Shown: positions 46,986-57,724 of the stretch, piece after piece
Numbering within the stretch: the first letter of the stretch is position 1
Layout: the number at the start of each line of letters is the position of its first letter
Assembly (NCBI GenBank): GCA_964514975.1
Contig: CAZESS010000004.1
Span: 33,708 to 97,707 of the forward strand
Origin: an uncultured Thermoplasmatales archaeon
GTDB taxonomy: Archaea > Thermoplasmatota > E2 > UBA202 > DSCA01
DNA length: 64,000 bases
Direction: 5' to 3'
Notes under the pieces: generated by a model
What the model saw: the letters and a program-made list of their open reading frames with translations, nothing else
What the model was told of the DNA's origin: nothing
Databases searched by the model: none
Program-made: the position numbers and the translations under genes

Positions 46986-49628
46986 CTAGACCACCTCCTG
47001 CGCAACGCTTTCAACGTTCACGGCCTTGCCCCGCACGCTTTTGGTCGGGTCGACGCCGTCCTCGCCGTACTGGAACTGGACGATGTCGCCATAGGTGGTG
47101 CGGACGGTACCGTCGTCCTCCATCTTGAGGTTTTCGAGCGCGTTGATGAGACGGCGCTGCATGTAGCCCGAGCGGGACGTTCGCACCGCGGTATCGACGA
47201 GACCCTCGCGGCCGCCCATTGAATGGAAAAAGTATTCGGTTGGATTGAGCCCTTTTTTGTAGTTGCTGGACACGAATCCCTTCGCGTCGGCGCCCAGGTC
47301 GCCTTTTTCGAAATGCGGGAGCGTCCGTTCCTTGTAGCCACGGTGGATGCGCTCGCCACGGACAGCCTGCTGGCCGACGCAGCCTGCCATCTGGGACAGG
47401 TTGAGCATCGAGCCCCGGGCGCCGGAGCGGGCCATGATAACCGCGGCGTTGCCCAGACCAAGATGGTGGCTGGCGATTTCGCCCATCTGGTCCCTGGCCT
47501 TGCCGGTCACGCGCATGATCTCCATCTCCAGCGTCTCCTCGAGGCTGCGACCGGGTATCTCCTCGAGCTCGCCCTGCTTGTATGCCCGTATCAGGCTGTC
47601 TATCTTGTTCTTGGCCTTGGCCAGCCGCTCGTCTATCTGCATGTTGGCCTCGCCGGGCATATCCTCGTCGTCGATGCCCGTGGTGAAGCCGATGTGGTTG
47701 ATGGCGGATATGCCAAGCTTGGTGACCCTGTCGATGAACTTGCGGGCCTCCGTCAATCCTTTCTGCCGGGCGATGTGGTTGAGGATGACACCCTTGAACG
47801 CGCCGACGCTTTTCTCGTCGATGACGCCGGTCTCGAGCTGGCCGTCACGGATGGTCACATATGCGTCGTATTCGCAGTTCTCCTTTTTGCATTCGTCGCA
47901 GTTGATGCAGGACTGTGCCTGGTATGCAAGATTGAGGTCGTCGGGCAGGATGACGCTGAATATCTCCTTGCCCGTCATGTCCTCAGTCACGTCCTCGGTG
48001 TGGCCTGCAGCGGACAGCATACGGACCGCGGCCGACTTGTCAAACATCCGGTCCTTGTAGGTCAACAGGAAACAGCCGCTGATATGGTCATGGATGGCAC
48101 CGATGATAACGCCGCCGAAACGCGGCGACAGAATGTTCTCCTGCACCTTCATCAGAACCTCGGCCTCGCCCTTCGCCTCCTCCGACTGCAGGACATGGAG
48201 GTTCATTTCGTCGCCGTCAAAATCGGCGTTGTAGGGCGGGCAGACCGCCAGGTTGAGCCGGAACGTCTTGTACGGCAGCACCCGCACCGTGTGTGCCATC
48301 ATGGACATGCGGTGCAGCGACGGCTGCCGGTTGAACAGCACAATGTCGCCGTCCTCGAGCTGCTTCTCGACGACGTAGCCGACCTCTATGCGCTCCGCCA
48401 CGTTCTCGGCGTTTTCCTCCGTGACCTTTATCCGTCGGCCATCGCCCCGGATAACGTAGTTGACGCCGGGCAGATACACCATGCCCTTCGGTGCATCCGG
48501 GCTGGGGCCGCGCTCCACGAGCTCCCGTATCCCGTCAATGTTGTGCGGATGCACGCGAACGCGGACGGTGAGCTCCCGGGCCATCCTGATGGGCACGCCG
48601 ACCTCGTTGATGCTGATGTTGGGATCCGGTGATATAACCGTTCGGGCCGAGAAATCGACGCGTTTGCCGGACAGGTTGGACCGGAAGCGTCCCTCCTTGC
48701 CCTTGAGGCGCTGCGCCAACGTCTTGAGCGACCGGCCGCTGCGATGCCGCGCGGGCGGAATCCCTGCCGTTTGATTGTCAAAATAGGTGGTAATGTGGTA
48801 CTGGATGAGCTCCCAGAGGTCCTCGACGATGAGCTGCGGGGCACCGGCATCCCGGTTTTCCTGCAGCCGCTGGTTGATCCTTATGGTATCGACGAGCTTG
48901 TGGGTCAGGTCGTCCTCGCTGCGCTCGCCGGTCTCCAGCGTAATCGATGGCCGGGTGGTCACGGGCGGAACGGGCAGCACGGTGAGCACCATCCATTCCG
49001 GGCGGGCCACATCGGGGTTGATGCCGAACAGGTAGAGATCCTTGCCCTCGGCGTCGCTCACCTTTTCCAACCATTCGCGGACCTCGGACGGCGTCAGCTT
49101 GTGCCCCTCCTCCCGGAACGTCGTCGGCTTATCGAGCTCGATGGGCAGGTTTTCACGACCGCAGTAGGGGCATTCCTTCGCCTTCCGGGCCAGCGCGATG
49201 ACCTCCTTGGTGAAACGGTGGATGTCCTGTTTTCCCTCCAGGATCTCCTTGTAGCGTTTTTTGAGCTCCCGTTTTTGCCGCTCGTCGACCTGCAGATGGC
49301 CGCAGCTCCGGCAGGTCGCACGCAAAATGCCGAGGATGGTCTTGACGTAGCCGACATGGATGACCGGCATCGCGAGCTCTATGTGACCAAAATGGCCGGG
49401 GCATCCATCCTTGCCGACGCGCTGCTGGCAGGTCTTGCAGCGCAACCCTGGCTCGATGACGCCAAGCCGGGGGTCCATAAGCCCCATCTCTATGGGGAAC
49501 CCATCCTCATCGTAGGTGTCCGGCGTGATGATGCGCGTGGCGGACATCTTCCGTATATTTTCCGGGGAAAGCAGTCCAAACTGAATCGTATCTATCTTTT
49601 TTGGGGCATTCGTCCTCATTTTTGTCAC
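46986..49628 (-). CDS. rpoA1: RNA polymerase subunit A' (Rpo1N)
   Basis: CPGHFGHI, GKEGRFRSNLSGKRVDFSAR, NRQPSLH, catalytic YNADFDGDEMN, TSRSGYMQRRL. Confidence 0.98.
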   Translation of the reverse strand: MTKMRTNAPKKIDTIQFGLLSPENIRKMSATRIITPDTYDEDGFPIEMGLMDPRLGVIEPGLRCKTCQQRVGKDGCPGHFGHIELAMPVIHVGYVKTILGILRATCRSCGHLQVDERQKRELKKRYKEILEGKQDIHRFTKEVIALARKAKECPYCGRENLPIELDKPTTFREEGHKLTPSEVREWLEKVSDAEGKDLYLFGINPDVARPEWMVLTVLPVPPVTTRPSITLETGERSEDDLTHKLVDTIRINQRLQENRDAGAPQLIVEDLWELIQYHITTYFDNQTAGIPPARHRSGRSLKTLAQRLKGKEGRFRSNLSGKRVDFSARTVISPDPNISINEVGVPIRMARELTVRVRVHPHNIDGIRELVERGPSPDAPKGMVYLPGVNYVIRGDGRRIKVTEENAENVAERIEVGYVVEKQLEDGDIVLFNRQPSLHRMSMMAHTVRVLPYKTFRLNLAVCPPYNADFDGDEMNLHVLQSEEAKGEAEVLMKVQENILSPRFGGVIIGAIHDHISGCFLLTYKDRMFDKSAAVRMLSAAGHTEDVTEDMTGKEIFSVILPDDLNLAYQAQSCINCDECKKENCEYDAYVTIRDGQLETGVIDEKSVGAFKGVILNHIARQKGLTEARKFIDRVTKLGISAINHIGFTTGIDDEDMPGEANMQIDERLAKAKNKIDSLIRAYKQGELEEIPGRSLEETLEMEIMRVTGKARDQMGEIASHHLGLGNAAVIMARSGARGSMLNLSQMAGCVGQQAVRGERIHRGYKERTLPHFEKGDLGADAKGFVSSNYKKGLNPTEYFFHSMGGREGLVDTAVRTSRSGYMQRRLINALENLKMEDDGTVRTTYGDIVQFQYGEDGVDPTKSVRGKAVNVESVAQEVV

Positions 49629-49629
49629 C

Positions 49630-52600
49630 TCACACTATCCCCGTCAGCCGGAGCTTCGGCTCAATCGCCAGCGATTTCAGCTCCTCGAGCAGCAGCTTGA
49701 ACGCATAGCTCATCTCAACGGGATGAATGGATGCATCGTCGCCGCAGATGGGGCATTTCAGGAATCCCTTCCGCGTTTTGACGGCGATGTGGCCGCAGTT
49801 CTCGCAGACATACTGCACCGTCAGGTCGGATTCCTCGAGCAGGCGGTCCTTGATAGTCATCGAGGCGCCATGGCCGACGAGGCAGTCACGCTCCATCTCG
49901 CCGAAGCGGAGGCCGCCATCCCTCGCCCGGCCCTCGGTCGGCTGCCGGGTGAGAATCTGCACCGGCCCCCTCGAGCGAGCGTGCATCTTGCCTGACACCA
50001 TATGATGCAATTTTTGATAGTAAATGCAGCCGACGAAAATATCGGCGGATATCATCTCGCCGGTTTCGCCGTCATACATGATCTCCTTGCCGCTGTGCTT
50101 GAACCCGTTGTCGACGAGCGCCTGCCGCAGTTGCTTTTCCGTTTCGCCGGAAAACGCGGTGCCGTCGACCGTGCGGCCCTCCAGGGCGCCGACCTTGCCG
50201 CCTATCATCTCCAAAACGTGGCCGACGGTCATCCGGCTCGGAATCGCATGGGGATTGATAACCAGGTCCGGTGTCACGCCTTCAGCCGTGAAGGGCATGT
50301 CCTCCTGCGGCAAAATCAGGCCGAGGACACCTTTCTGTCCATGCTTGGACGCGAACTTGTCGCCCAGTTCGGGCGTCCGCTGGTCGCGCACCTTGAGCTT
50401 CACCAGCCGCGAGCCGTTCACCGACTCCGACAAAACGACGGTGTCGACGACACCTGTTTCCCCGTGGCGTACCGTAACGCTGGTCTCCCTGCGCTTCTGC
50501 GGAATCAGGATGTCCGTTGGCTCCTCCAGAAACCGGGGCGGCGACGTCTTGCCCACAAGGACATCATCGCTTCCCACCCGGCTCTCTGGGGAAATGATGC
50601 CGTCCTCCGACAGGTTGGCATATGCCTCCTCGGAGCGCACGCCACGACACTCGGGATCGGGTATCTCAAAATGGTCCTCCTGGCCGCCAGGATAGCGCTG
50701 CTCCTCCGCAGAATAGGCACGGAAAAACGTGCTCCGGCCGAGACCGCGCTGGATGGACGCCTTGTTCATAATGAGCGCGTCCTCCATGTTGTATCCCTTG
50801 TAGGAGAGAATGGCGACGACGAAGTTCATCCCCGCCGGCCGCTCCGAAAAGTTGATGTACTGCGATGAATGCGTCTCCACCATGGGCCGCTCCGGGTAAT
50901 GGAGCAGATGGCCGCGGGTGTCCGGCCGCTTCCGGTAGTTGGCGCTGCCGAAGCCCAGCGACTGCTTGCCCATGCTTGCACCCATCGTGATACGGGGCGA
51001 CGAGTTGTGCTCGGCATAGGGAACCAGCGAGGCGCCGATGCCAAGGATGCACATCGGGTCGAGCTCCATGTGGGAGTGCTCCTCGGCGAGATTAGCCTCG
51101 TTGAGCGCGATGTAGGCGTTTTCTTCCTCCTCGGTGTCGACGTATTCCACGACGCCGAGGTCGATGAGGTCCACCCAGCTGAGCTCGCCGTTTTCAAGCT
51201 GCTCACGCTGCTCGCCGTTCATGGCCAGTTCGCCGTTGTCAGCAACGAACAACGGGCGGCGCACCCGGCCGGGGTCACAGTTGATAAAGACGTCGTTGCT
51301 GTCGGGGTAATATGCCACGTTGATTTCGATGTCGAGTTGGCCGTTGCGGCGCTTCGCCCGGACCTTGTCCGCCAGTTCCTGACCGTCGGGGTACATGCCG
51401 ACGAGCTCGCCGTTGAGATACACCCGGGCATGCCGGGATTCCTTACGTACCTCCTGGAGACCCATCTCGAGGAGCTCCTCCTTGACCCCCTGCTCAGGAT
51501 AGCCCTCGGAGACCTCGACGGTCATCGCCAGGTTTTTCACCAACCCACAGTTGGGGCCCTCGGGCGTCTCGTTGGGACAGAGTCGGCCCCAGTGCGTGGA
51601 ATGCAGGTCGCGCGCCTCGAAATGCGGCTGCGTCCTGGTCAGCGGAGACGTGATGCGCCGGAGATGGCTGATGGTCGCCAGGTTGGACGTCCGGTCGAGC
51701 AGCTGCGACACGCCCGTGCGGCCGCCGACCCAGTTGCCCGTCGCCAGCGCATGATGGATGCGCTGGGTGAACACGTCGGTGCGGACGCAGGGCTTGATGC
51801 TCAGGTCGTCCAGGCTCTTGCCGCGGGCGTGCAATCGCTCGAGCTGGTATTTCATGTCCTTGCAGAGCGCGATGAACGCAACGCGGAACAGGTCTTCCAT
51901 TAGATCGCCGGCGAGCTTCAGGCGCTTGTTGGCATAGTGGTCCTTGTCGTCCTCCTCGCGGTGGTCGAGCGCCAGCTCCAGGACGGCCTGTCCCATCCTG
52001 GCCAAAAACACGGCTTTTTTGATGCGGTCCTCGGGCTGGTTGCCGAGATGCGGCAGCAGGTTGCGGTCCATCAATGAGAGAGCGCGCTCCCGGCGGTATT
52101 CCTTCGCCTGGCCGCCGGCGACCTTCCGGCCGAAGTACTCCAAAGCCTCCTCCTGTTCGGTGACCTCGTATTCATCCTGCGACTCTTCGATGTTGGAGAG
52201 CACGAAGACCTCCGTCTCGGGGTAGGAGACGATGTTGTCCATGATGTCCTGGGATTCCATACCCAGCGCGCGCAGCAAAATGATGAGCGGGACCTGGCCT
52301 GCCACGGTGGGCAGCGTGGTCATGAGCATCCCGTCTTTTTTCTTTTCGACGACGATGATGGATCGGTAGCCCTCCTTCTGGGAGAACACCTTTGCCGTCT
52401 CGACGGTGTAGCCGTAGCGGGTGTTCTTTTCGATGAGCACCCTATTTGGAGCAAGGTCTTCCAGGGTGATGAGCACGCGCTCGGTGCCGTTGCTGATAAA
52501 ATGGGCGCCCGGGTCGAGCGGGTCCTCGCGTGCCTCCCGCAGCTTGTCGTGGTATTCTTCGTCGGAGAGCTCACGTTCGGCGTCCTCTTCGAGCATCTCA

Positions 52601-52998
52601 CGGGATATGTTGCACCGCTGGGACTTGGTCATGATGGGCAGCGAGCCGATGCGGACCTCCTCGGGCTCGTAGGGCACGCCGTGTATCTCGGGGATGAACT
52701 CCACGAAGACCGGCGCCTCGTAGGTCAGGTCGCGGAGGCGGGCCTCCATCGGGGTGACATGGTGCTCGTCGCCCGTTGCCTCCTTGACGACGGGGCGGCC
52801 GACGCGGACCTTGCCGACCTTGATGCGGTAGCCCTCGATCTCTGTGTGGATGTATCCCCGCTCGAGGTTTTCTCCCTCGCCGATGCGGGTGCTGTCCATG
52901 ATCTCCTGCATCCGGCGATTCAGGAAATCATTGTAGGATGCGATGTGATGATTCGCTATGGTGCGCTCTCCATAAAAGGCGTCGACGACCTCCCTCAT
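49630..52998 (-). CDS. rpoB: RNA polymerase subunit B (Rpo2), unsplit
   Basis: [53 protein letters not shown] in one ORF. Confidence 0.98.
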   Translation of the reverse strand: MREVVDAFYGERTIANHHIASYNDFLNRRMQEIMDSTRIGEGENLERGYIHTEIEGYRIKVGKVRVGRPVVKEATGDEHHVTPMEARLRDLTYEAPVFVEFIPEIHGVPYEPEEVRIGSLPIMTKSQRCNISREMLEEDAERELSDEEYHDKLREAREDPLDPGAHFISNGTERVLITLEDLAPNRVLIEKNTRYGYTVETAKVFSQKEGYRSIIVVEKKKDGMLMTTLPTVAGQVPLIILLRALGMESQDIMDNIVSYPETEVFVLSNIEESQDEYEVTEQEEALEYFGRKVAGGQAKEYRRERALSLMDRNLLPHLGNQPEDRIKKAVFLARMGQAVLELALDHREEDDKDHYANKRLKLAGDLMEDLFRVAFIALCKDMKYQLERLHARGKSLDDLSIKPCVRTDVFTQRIHHALATGNWVGGRTGVSQLLDRTSNLATISHLRRITSPLTRTQPHFEARDLHSTHWGRLCPNETPEGPNCGLVKNLAMTVEVSEGYPEQGVKEELLEMGLQEVRKESRHARVYLNGELVGMYPDGQELADKVRAKRRNGQLDIEINVAYYPDSNDVFINCDPGRVRRPLFVADNGELAMNGEQREQLENGELSWVDLIDLGVVEYVDTEEEENAYIALNEANLAEEHSHMELDPMCILGIGASLVPYAEHNSSPRITMGASMGKQSLGFGSANYRKRPDTRGHLLHYPERPMVETHSSQYINFSERPAGMNFVVAILSYKGYNMEDALIMNKASIQRGLGRSTFFRAYSAEEQRYPGGQEDHFEIPDPECRGVRSEEAYANLSEDGIISPESRVGSDDVLVGKTSPPRFLEEPTDILIPQKRRETSVTVRHGETGVVDTVVLSESVNGSRLVKLKVRDQRTPELGDKFASKHGQKGVLGLILPQEDMPFTAEGVTPDLVINPHAIPSRMTVGHVLEMIGGKVGALEGRTVDGTAFSGETEKQLRQALVDNGFKHSGKEIMYDGETGEMISADIFVGCIYYQKLHHMVSGKMHARSRGPVQILTRQPTEGRARDGGLRFGEMERDCLVGHGASMTIKDRLLEESDLTVQYVCENCGHIAVKTRKGFLKCPICGDDASIHPVEMSYAFKLLLEELKSLAIEPKLRLTGIV

Positions 52999-52999
52999 T

Positions 53000-53275
53000 T
53001 TATCTCCTCAGTGAACGTAAATTGCGGATGTTGCCCATTCCCTGCCCGACGACGTGCCGGTATGCGATGCTCTGGCCCGCGGTGCGGCTTTTCCGCATGA
53101 TTTTCACGACGTCGCCCTCCCGCGCGCCGATGGCCTGCGCAACCGGGTCGGTCACCACCATTTTCGGCAGTTCTCCCTTGTCTATGTCGTAGGCCTCGGT
53201 GAGCTGCTGTTCCTCCTCCCGGGACAAAATCCTGAAGTAAGGTACCATATCGTGCTTTAATATGTTGAAATGCAT
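53000..53275 (-). CDS. rpoH: RNA polymerase subunit H (Rpo5)
   Basis: [38 protein letters not shown]. Confidence 0.95.
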   Translation of the reverse strand: MHFNILKHDMVPYFRILSREEEQQLTEAYDIDKGELPKMVVTDPVAQAIGAREGDVVKIMRKSRTAGQSIAYRHVVGQGMGNIRNLRSLRR

Positions 53276-53329
53276 TTCTAACTACCCTCCATTGTTATAG
53301 GCGTCGATATTTAAGGTTTTTGGTGGAGA

Positions 53330-53436
53330 CGGGCCTGAGGGGATTTTCGACCGGCAGCACGGTGACGCTGCCAACGTTCGAACCCCTGGCCACCTGGTTA
53401 AAAGCCAGATGCTCTACCTAGCTGAGCTACAGGCCC
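53330..53436 (-). tRNA. tRNA-Lys(UUU) with a 33-nt intron at position 59/60 (intron 53344-53376)
   Basis: Reverse complement GGGCCTG-TA-GCTCAGCTAGGTAGAGC-A-TCTGG-CTTTTAA-CCAGG-TGGCC-AGGGG-TTCGAA[intron]T-CCCCT-CAGGCCC-G; removing the intron gives a 74-nt cloverleaf. Confidence 0.92.
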
Positions 53437-53580
53437 TCTCTGACCCTCATACCATTGTGCCTAATAAATGTTTTGAATATCCGCAAGCGACGCCGGCATC
53501 GACGAAAATCCTCTGCTCATGGGGATAACGCGACGGCAAAAAGAAAACCTATAAAAGGAAGGGCGAGCATTAATGGGGTG

Positions 53581-53958
53581 ATGGAAGATGGACAGCGGTG
53601 GCTGGCGGAGCTGCTGGAAACGGCCGCTGGGGACGACGACGTCATGGCCGTCATCCTCTACGGCAGCAGCGCCCGGGGAGAACGGGCACGGGACGTTGAC
53701 ATATGTCTCGTGTTGTACCCTGGAAAAACGGCGGATGCCTTTGAAAAAAGGGTGGAGTATTCGAGGCATGAAAAACTGGACGTACAGGTATTCCAGCAGT
53801 TACCCCTGTACATCCGGCGGCGGGTGCTGAAGGAAGGCCAGGTGCTCCTGTGCAAGGACGAAGACCTGCTCTATGATATCGCTTTCGACGTCATCAGGGC
53901 GTTCGAATACTACAGGCCCCGATACGAGGAATACCTGGAGGGTGTCCTCCATGGATAA
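53581..53958 (+). CDS. Minimal nucleotidyltransferase (MNT/MntA-like antitoxin)
   Basis: ILYGSSARG...DVDICLV, VFQQLPLYIRRRVLKEG; overlaps the downstream HEPN gene. Confidence 0.88.
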   Translation: MEDGQRWLAELLETAAGDDDVMAVILYGSSARGERARDVDICLVLYPGKTADAFEKRVEYSRHEKLDVQVFQQLPLYIRRRVLKEGQVLLCKDEDLLYDIAFDVIRAFEYYRPRYEEYLEGVLHG

Positions 53959-54370
53959 AAACAGGATACTGGTGAAACTGGACGAGATAGACGGCTACCT
54001 CCGCGAGCTCGACGACGTTGTTCCAGCATCCGTGGAGGAATACAGGGAGAGCGCGGTCAAACGGAGAGCCTCAGAGCGGCTGCTCCATCTCGCTATCGAG
54101 GGAACCATCGACATCTGCGCGATGCTCGTGAAGGAACTCCGGCTCGGCGTGCCCGGGAAAGAGGAGGATCTGTTCGACAAGCTCTCCGGGCGTGTGCTCT
54201 CCGCAGAGATGGCCGACATGCTCCGTGAGATGAAGCGGTTCAGGAACGTGCTGGTGCACAGATATGGAACCATCGACGACGAAAAGGTGTACAACATCCT
54301 CAGCAAACGACTCGTGGACTTTGAAGATTTCAAAAAACAGGTCACCGGTTTTCTGAAAAAGGCGGGCTGA
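53951..54370 (+). CDS. HEPN (DUF86/HepT-like) RNase toxin
   Basis: ERLLHLAIEGTIDI and FRNVLVHRY (R-x4-H-x-Y motif); start ATG 53951. Confidence 0.9.
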   Translation: MDKNRILVKLDEIDGYLRELDDVVPASVEEYRESAVKRRASERLLHLAIEGTIDICAMLVKELRLGVPGKEEDLFDKLSGRVLSAEMADMLREMKRFRNVLVHRYGTIDDEKVYNILSKRLVDFEDFKKQVTGFLKKAG

Positions 54371-54544
54371 CAGCGATGGCAGCGCATTCCCGGGAATAGA
54401 CTAAAGGCGGGTTTGACCAGGGCGCCATGGCTATTGTAAACCGCCCAATAACGTTTACATCTATTTGCTGCCCGCCCTGCACATGCTTCTCTCCGCCCAG
54501 AGTGGCATCCGCAAATCTTTAAAGCCCGGCGTGATGCACATGGC

Positions 54545-56305
54545 GTGATATATCTCGGCAAGCTCAAGCTGCGCTGGTGCCATGAGTGCAACGTGCCCGT
54601 GCTCGGCGAACGCTGCGGCACCTGCAACGGGGAGACCGAGCAGGTGCGGCTTACGCCGCCGGGCGACGTCAGGCCGGCCTTCGAGCACGACCGGCGGCTG
54701 CTCCGGGAGGTCATCATGCGGCAGTTCGGCATCGCGCTTGTCCCCGACGTCGTGATTCTCAACGACGCGCCGGCGGTCGACCGAATGGACGAGGTCATCT
54801 TTGACGGCGGGGTCGCCGGGACGCTGCGCTATGACATCGAGGAGCGACGCTACCGTTTTTTGCCGCGCATCTGGTATGCCAGGCTGCTGGAGCCCGAGCG
54901 GGGCTACGTCGTGGCTGACAAGGGGGCGGTGAAGCCCATTCTTGACAGCGAGAACCTGATGGCGCCCGGGGTGGTCGAGGTGTGCGATGACGTTGCAGAT
55001 GGAGACGAGGTCGTCGTTTGTAATCCCGATGGAGAGGTCATCGCCGCCGGGACCGCCCGCATGGACGCCGGGGAAATGCGTCGCAGCAACCGGGGCATGG
55101 CGGTGAAGGTCCGCCGGAAGGGAACTCCCGAGATGGTGCCGCGTGAGCGTCCATCCTGGGATGACGTGCTGGATGCGAACGCCGACGTCCTGGACGGCAT
55201 CGTGGGCGAGGCTATATCATTTATCAGGAGCACAGCCGCATCGCATGACATGCCCCTGGCCGTGTCGTTCAGCGGGGGAAAGGACAGCCTTGCCACGCTG
55301 CTGCTCGTCCGCGAGGCGGGCTATGCACCCCCGCTTTTGTTCGTGGACACCGGCCTGGAGTTCGAGGAGACCGTCGAGCACGTGCATGGCATAGCAGAGA
55401 GGTTCGACCTGCCACTGCACGAGGAGCATGCCGGCGACATCTTCTGGGAAACCCTGCCCTTTTTTGGGCCGCCCGCCCGCGACCGCCGGTGGTGCTGCAA
55501 GACCTGCAAGCTTGGGCCAACAACGAGGCTCATCGACCGATATTTTCCCGACGGTGTGCTCTCGTTCATCGGGCAGCGCCGCTACGAGTCGATGCAGCGC
55601 TCCCAGAAGGGACGGGTCTGGCACAACCCCTGGGTGGAGCAGCAGATAGGAGCGTCGCCCATCCAGCACTGGACGGCGCTGCACGTCTGGCTCTACCTGT
55701 TCCGGAAGCAGCGCGACGAGGGTGTCGACTGGAACCCGCTCTATGAGCAAGGCTTCGCCCGTATCGGCTGCTGGTGCTGCCCGGCGAGCGACCTGTCAGA
55801 GTTCGAGCTGCTTGACAGCCGGAGATGGGAGCGCTTTGCCGGATATCTGGAGCGATATGCCCGGCGGCATGGCTGCAGCGATGCATGGCTCGAGCAGGGA
55901 TTGTGGCGGTGGCGTGAGCCGCCGGACTGGACGGATGACCCCGGGGAGCAGACCCGGGAGCGTGAGCTTGTTGTTGAGCCGGGCGATGAGCGGGTGGTGA
56001 ACATGCTGACCTGTCTCGGCCCGGCCGAGGCAACCATTGACGGCTACCATGTCGGTGATATATCCATCGATGTCGGGGAAAACGGTATAGAGGTGTCGCC
56101 GTCCGAGCGTGCAGCCGAGGTCAGGGAGACCGTTGACCGGGCGCTCCACTGCACGGGCTGCGGCGTGTGCGTCGGCCAGTGCGAGGTCGATGCTATCTCC
56201 CTGACGGATGGACGTGCCTGGATCGATGACACGGTCTGTCTGCACTGCGGTGTCTGCAGCGAGCTCTGCCCGGTCGTGGTGTTCGGCCGCCGCGGCTACC
56301 GCTAG
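54545..56305 (+). CDS. PAPS-reductase-family PP-loop protein with Zn ribbon, PUA domain and a C-terminal 2x[4Fe-4S] domain
   Basis: WCHECNVP...CGTC; PUA (VVADKGAV...LMAPGVV); SFSGGKDS; RWCCKTCK; RIGCWCCP; two CxxCxxCxxxC motifs. Confidence 0.88.
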   Translation: MIYLGKLKLRWCHECNVPVLGERCGTCNGETEQVRLTPPGDVRPAFEHDRRLLREVIMRQFGIALVPDVVILNDAPAVDRMDEVIFDGGVAGTLRYDIEERRYRFLPRIWYARLLEPERGYVVADKGAVKPILDSENLMAPGVVEVCDDVADGDEVVVCNPDGEVIAAGTARMDAGEMRRSNRGMAVKVRRKGTPEMVPRERPSWDDVLDANADVLDGIVGEAISFIRSTAASHDMPLAVSFSGGKDSLATLLLVREAGYAPPLLFVDTGLEFEETVEHVHGIAERFDLPLHEEHAGDIFWETLPFFGPPARDRRWCCKTCKLGPTTRLIDRYFPDGVLSFIGQRRYESMQRSQKGRVWHNPWVEQQIGASPIQHWTALHVWLYLFRKQRDEGVDWNPLYEQGFARIGCWCCPASDLSEFELLDSRRWERFAGYLERYARRHGCSDAWLEQGLWRWREPPDWTDDPGEQTRERELVVEPGDERVVNMLTCLGPAEATIDGYHVGDISIDVGENGIEVSPSERAAEVRETVDRALHCTGCGVCVGQCEVDAISLTDGRAWIDDTVCLHCGVCSELCPVVVFGRRGYR

Positions 56306-57724
56306 CTAGAGCAATGCCTCCTCTATGTGCCGCCGGTTCAGGTGGGAGATAACGATGGGTGGCGAGACATGTCCCTCCGGGGTTTCGACCTCGTCGACTT
56401 CTTCGACGGTGAGCTGTACCGCGCTGCCGAGCATGTCCTTCTGGTATTCCTTCCGGATGGCGTCAATGAGCGCGGTTGCCTCGGCGTCGTCGCATCCCCC
56501 GGGGAGTATGACCCGTATGTGGATGTCGTCGAGGTCGTGCTGGACGACCTGGAAGCGCTGTATCGTGATGTCGAACCGCTCGGCGGTGGTGGCGAGGGGC
56601 ATCGGAAACGTGGCAGGCGGGTAGATGCTGCCGTCCGGCAGGATGATGGCGTCTTTTTTTCGTCCCTCCAGCTGTTCAAGGAGCGGGGTCTGCATGCCGC
56701 AGGTGCCGTGCTGCTCGGCGAGGGCGGCGATGTCGTTGAGGCCGGTATAACGGATGATGGGGGTGCCGCCCGGGTAGAGGCGGGTTATCACCATGCTGCC
56801 GAATGCGCCCGCCGTCGCCGGAGCGCCGTCTTTGTCGAGGATTTCGACGTGGACGAAGTCGCTGTTGAGGTGGAATTCCTGGCTGAGGCATTCGAAGGCG
56901 ATGGAGCCGCCCTCCGTCGTGGCGTAGAGGTCAACGACCGGCGCCTCGAAGGCCTCCTGGATGTACCGCCTCGAATAATCATCGAGGACCTCGCCGCTTG
57001 ATATGACGACGCGGGGGGTGACATTGCTGCCGTGGCCGTTTCGTTTGAGCGTGGCGAGGCCGGTGAGCACGCTGGTATAACCGATGATGAGCTCCGGCTC
57101 GAAGCTGTTCATCTGCTCCATGAGAATCCGTGTCTCGTTGCCGGTGTAGAGGTTCTGGTAGTTGTCCAGCGAGAAAAAAGTGGACAGGTTGCCCAGCAGT
57201 CCTTTTTTCAAGGATTCCTCGTCGCTGGTGCCGGGCACCGAGAAGTCCCCAATATTGGTTACCCGTGTCTTCCGCCAGTTCATGTCGTAGGCCCGGAGCT
57301 GCCGGACGCCTGCGAGCGCTTCGACGGTGATGTATTCCATGTCCTTGTACATCTGCATGGGTTGGCCGGAGGAGCCCGAGGTGCCAACCAGGAAGGCGGC
57401 ATCGGTGTCGTAGCCGGGTGGAACGATATCGTTGGGGAATGCCTCGATGAGGTCCTGTTTGGTGGTCAACGGGAGCTTCGGCAGGTCATCGACCGTCGTC
57501 ATGTCGCCGGGTGCAATGCCGGCCGTTCGCCATTTTTTTCGGTATAGGGGAACCTTCCAGGCGTAGCGCATGGTGCGCCGGAGTGCTCTGTTCTGGTATC
57601 GCCTGAGCTTCTCGGGGGTGACGCGCCATGCCCGGCCGGGGTCCCGGAGATAGCGGATGAGCATGCGAAGGGCAAATGCGGGGTTCAGGAAGGGGTTCAT
57701 CGCCCGTTGAATATCCGGGTTCAT
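56306..57724 (-). CDS. Phenylacetate-CoA ligase (PaaK/CapK)-like adenylate-forming enzyme
   Basis: VPLYRKKW, LPKLPLTTK, TSGSSGQP, YATTEGG, PIIRY, EGRKKD, RFQVVQ; start is 57724 or the leaderless ATG at 57700. Confidence 0.85.
   Translation of the reverse strand: MNPDIQRAMNPFLNPAFALRMLIRYLRDPGRAWRVTPEKLRRYQNRALRRTMRYAWKVPLYRKKWRTAGIAPGDMTTVDDLPKLPLTTKQDLIEAFPNDIVPPGYDTDAAFLVGTSGSSGQPMQMYKDMEYITVEALAGVRQLRAYDMNWRKTRVTNIGDFSVPGTSDEESLKKGLLGNLSTFFSLDNYQNLYTGNETRILMEQMNSFEPELIIGYTSVLTGLATLKRNGHGSNVTPRVVISSGEVLDDYSRRYIQEAFEAPVVDLYATTEGGSIAFECLSQEFHLNSDFVHVEILDKDGAPATAGAFGSMVITRLYPGGTPIIRYTGLNDIAALAEQHGTCGMQTPLLEQLEGRKKDAIILPDGSIYPPATFPMPLATTAERFDITIQRFQVVQHDLDDIHIRVILPGGCDDAEATALIDAIRKEYQKDMLGSAVQLTVEEVDEVETPEGHVSPPIVISHLNRRHIEEALL

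Noticed and set aside
17169-52998. Inteins in LonB, SMC or RNA polymerase subunits
   Set aside because: Lengths are normal, the motifs are contiguous, and no intein-like insertions were seen; the extra length of RpoA'' is an N-terminal HhH extension.
53330-54400. Integrated element at tRNA-Lys carrying the toxin-antitoxin pair
   Set aside because: The pair lies on the 5' side of the tRNA, and no duplicated tRNA 3' end or integrase was seen.
54395-54460. Possible small structured RNA between the HEPN gene and the PUA protein gene
   Set aside because: Only short, mutually overlapping inverted repeats and no recognisable box motifs; too weak to call.
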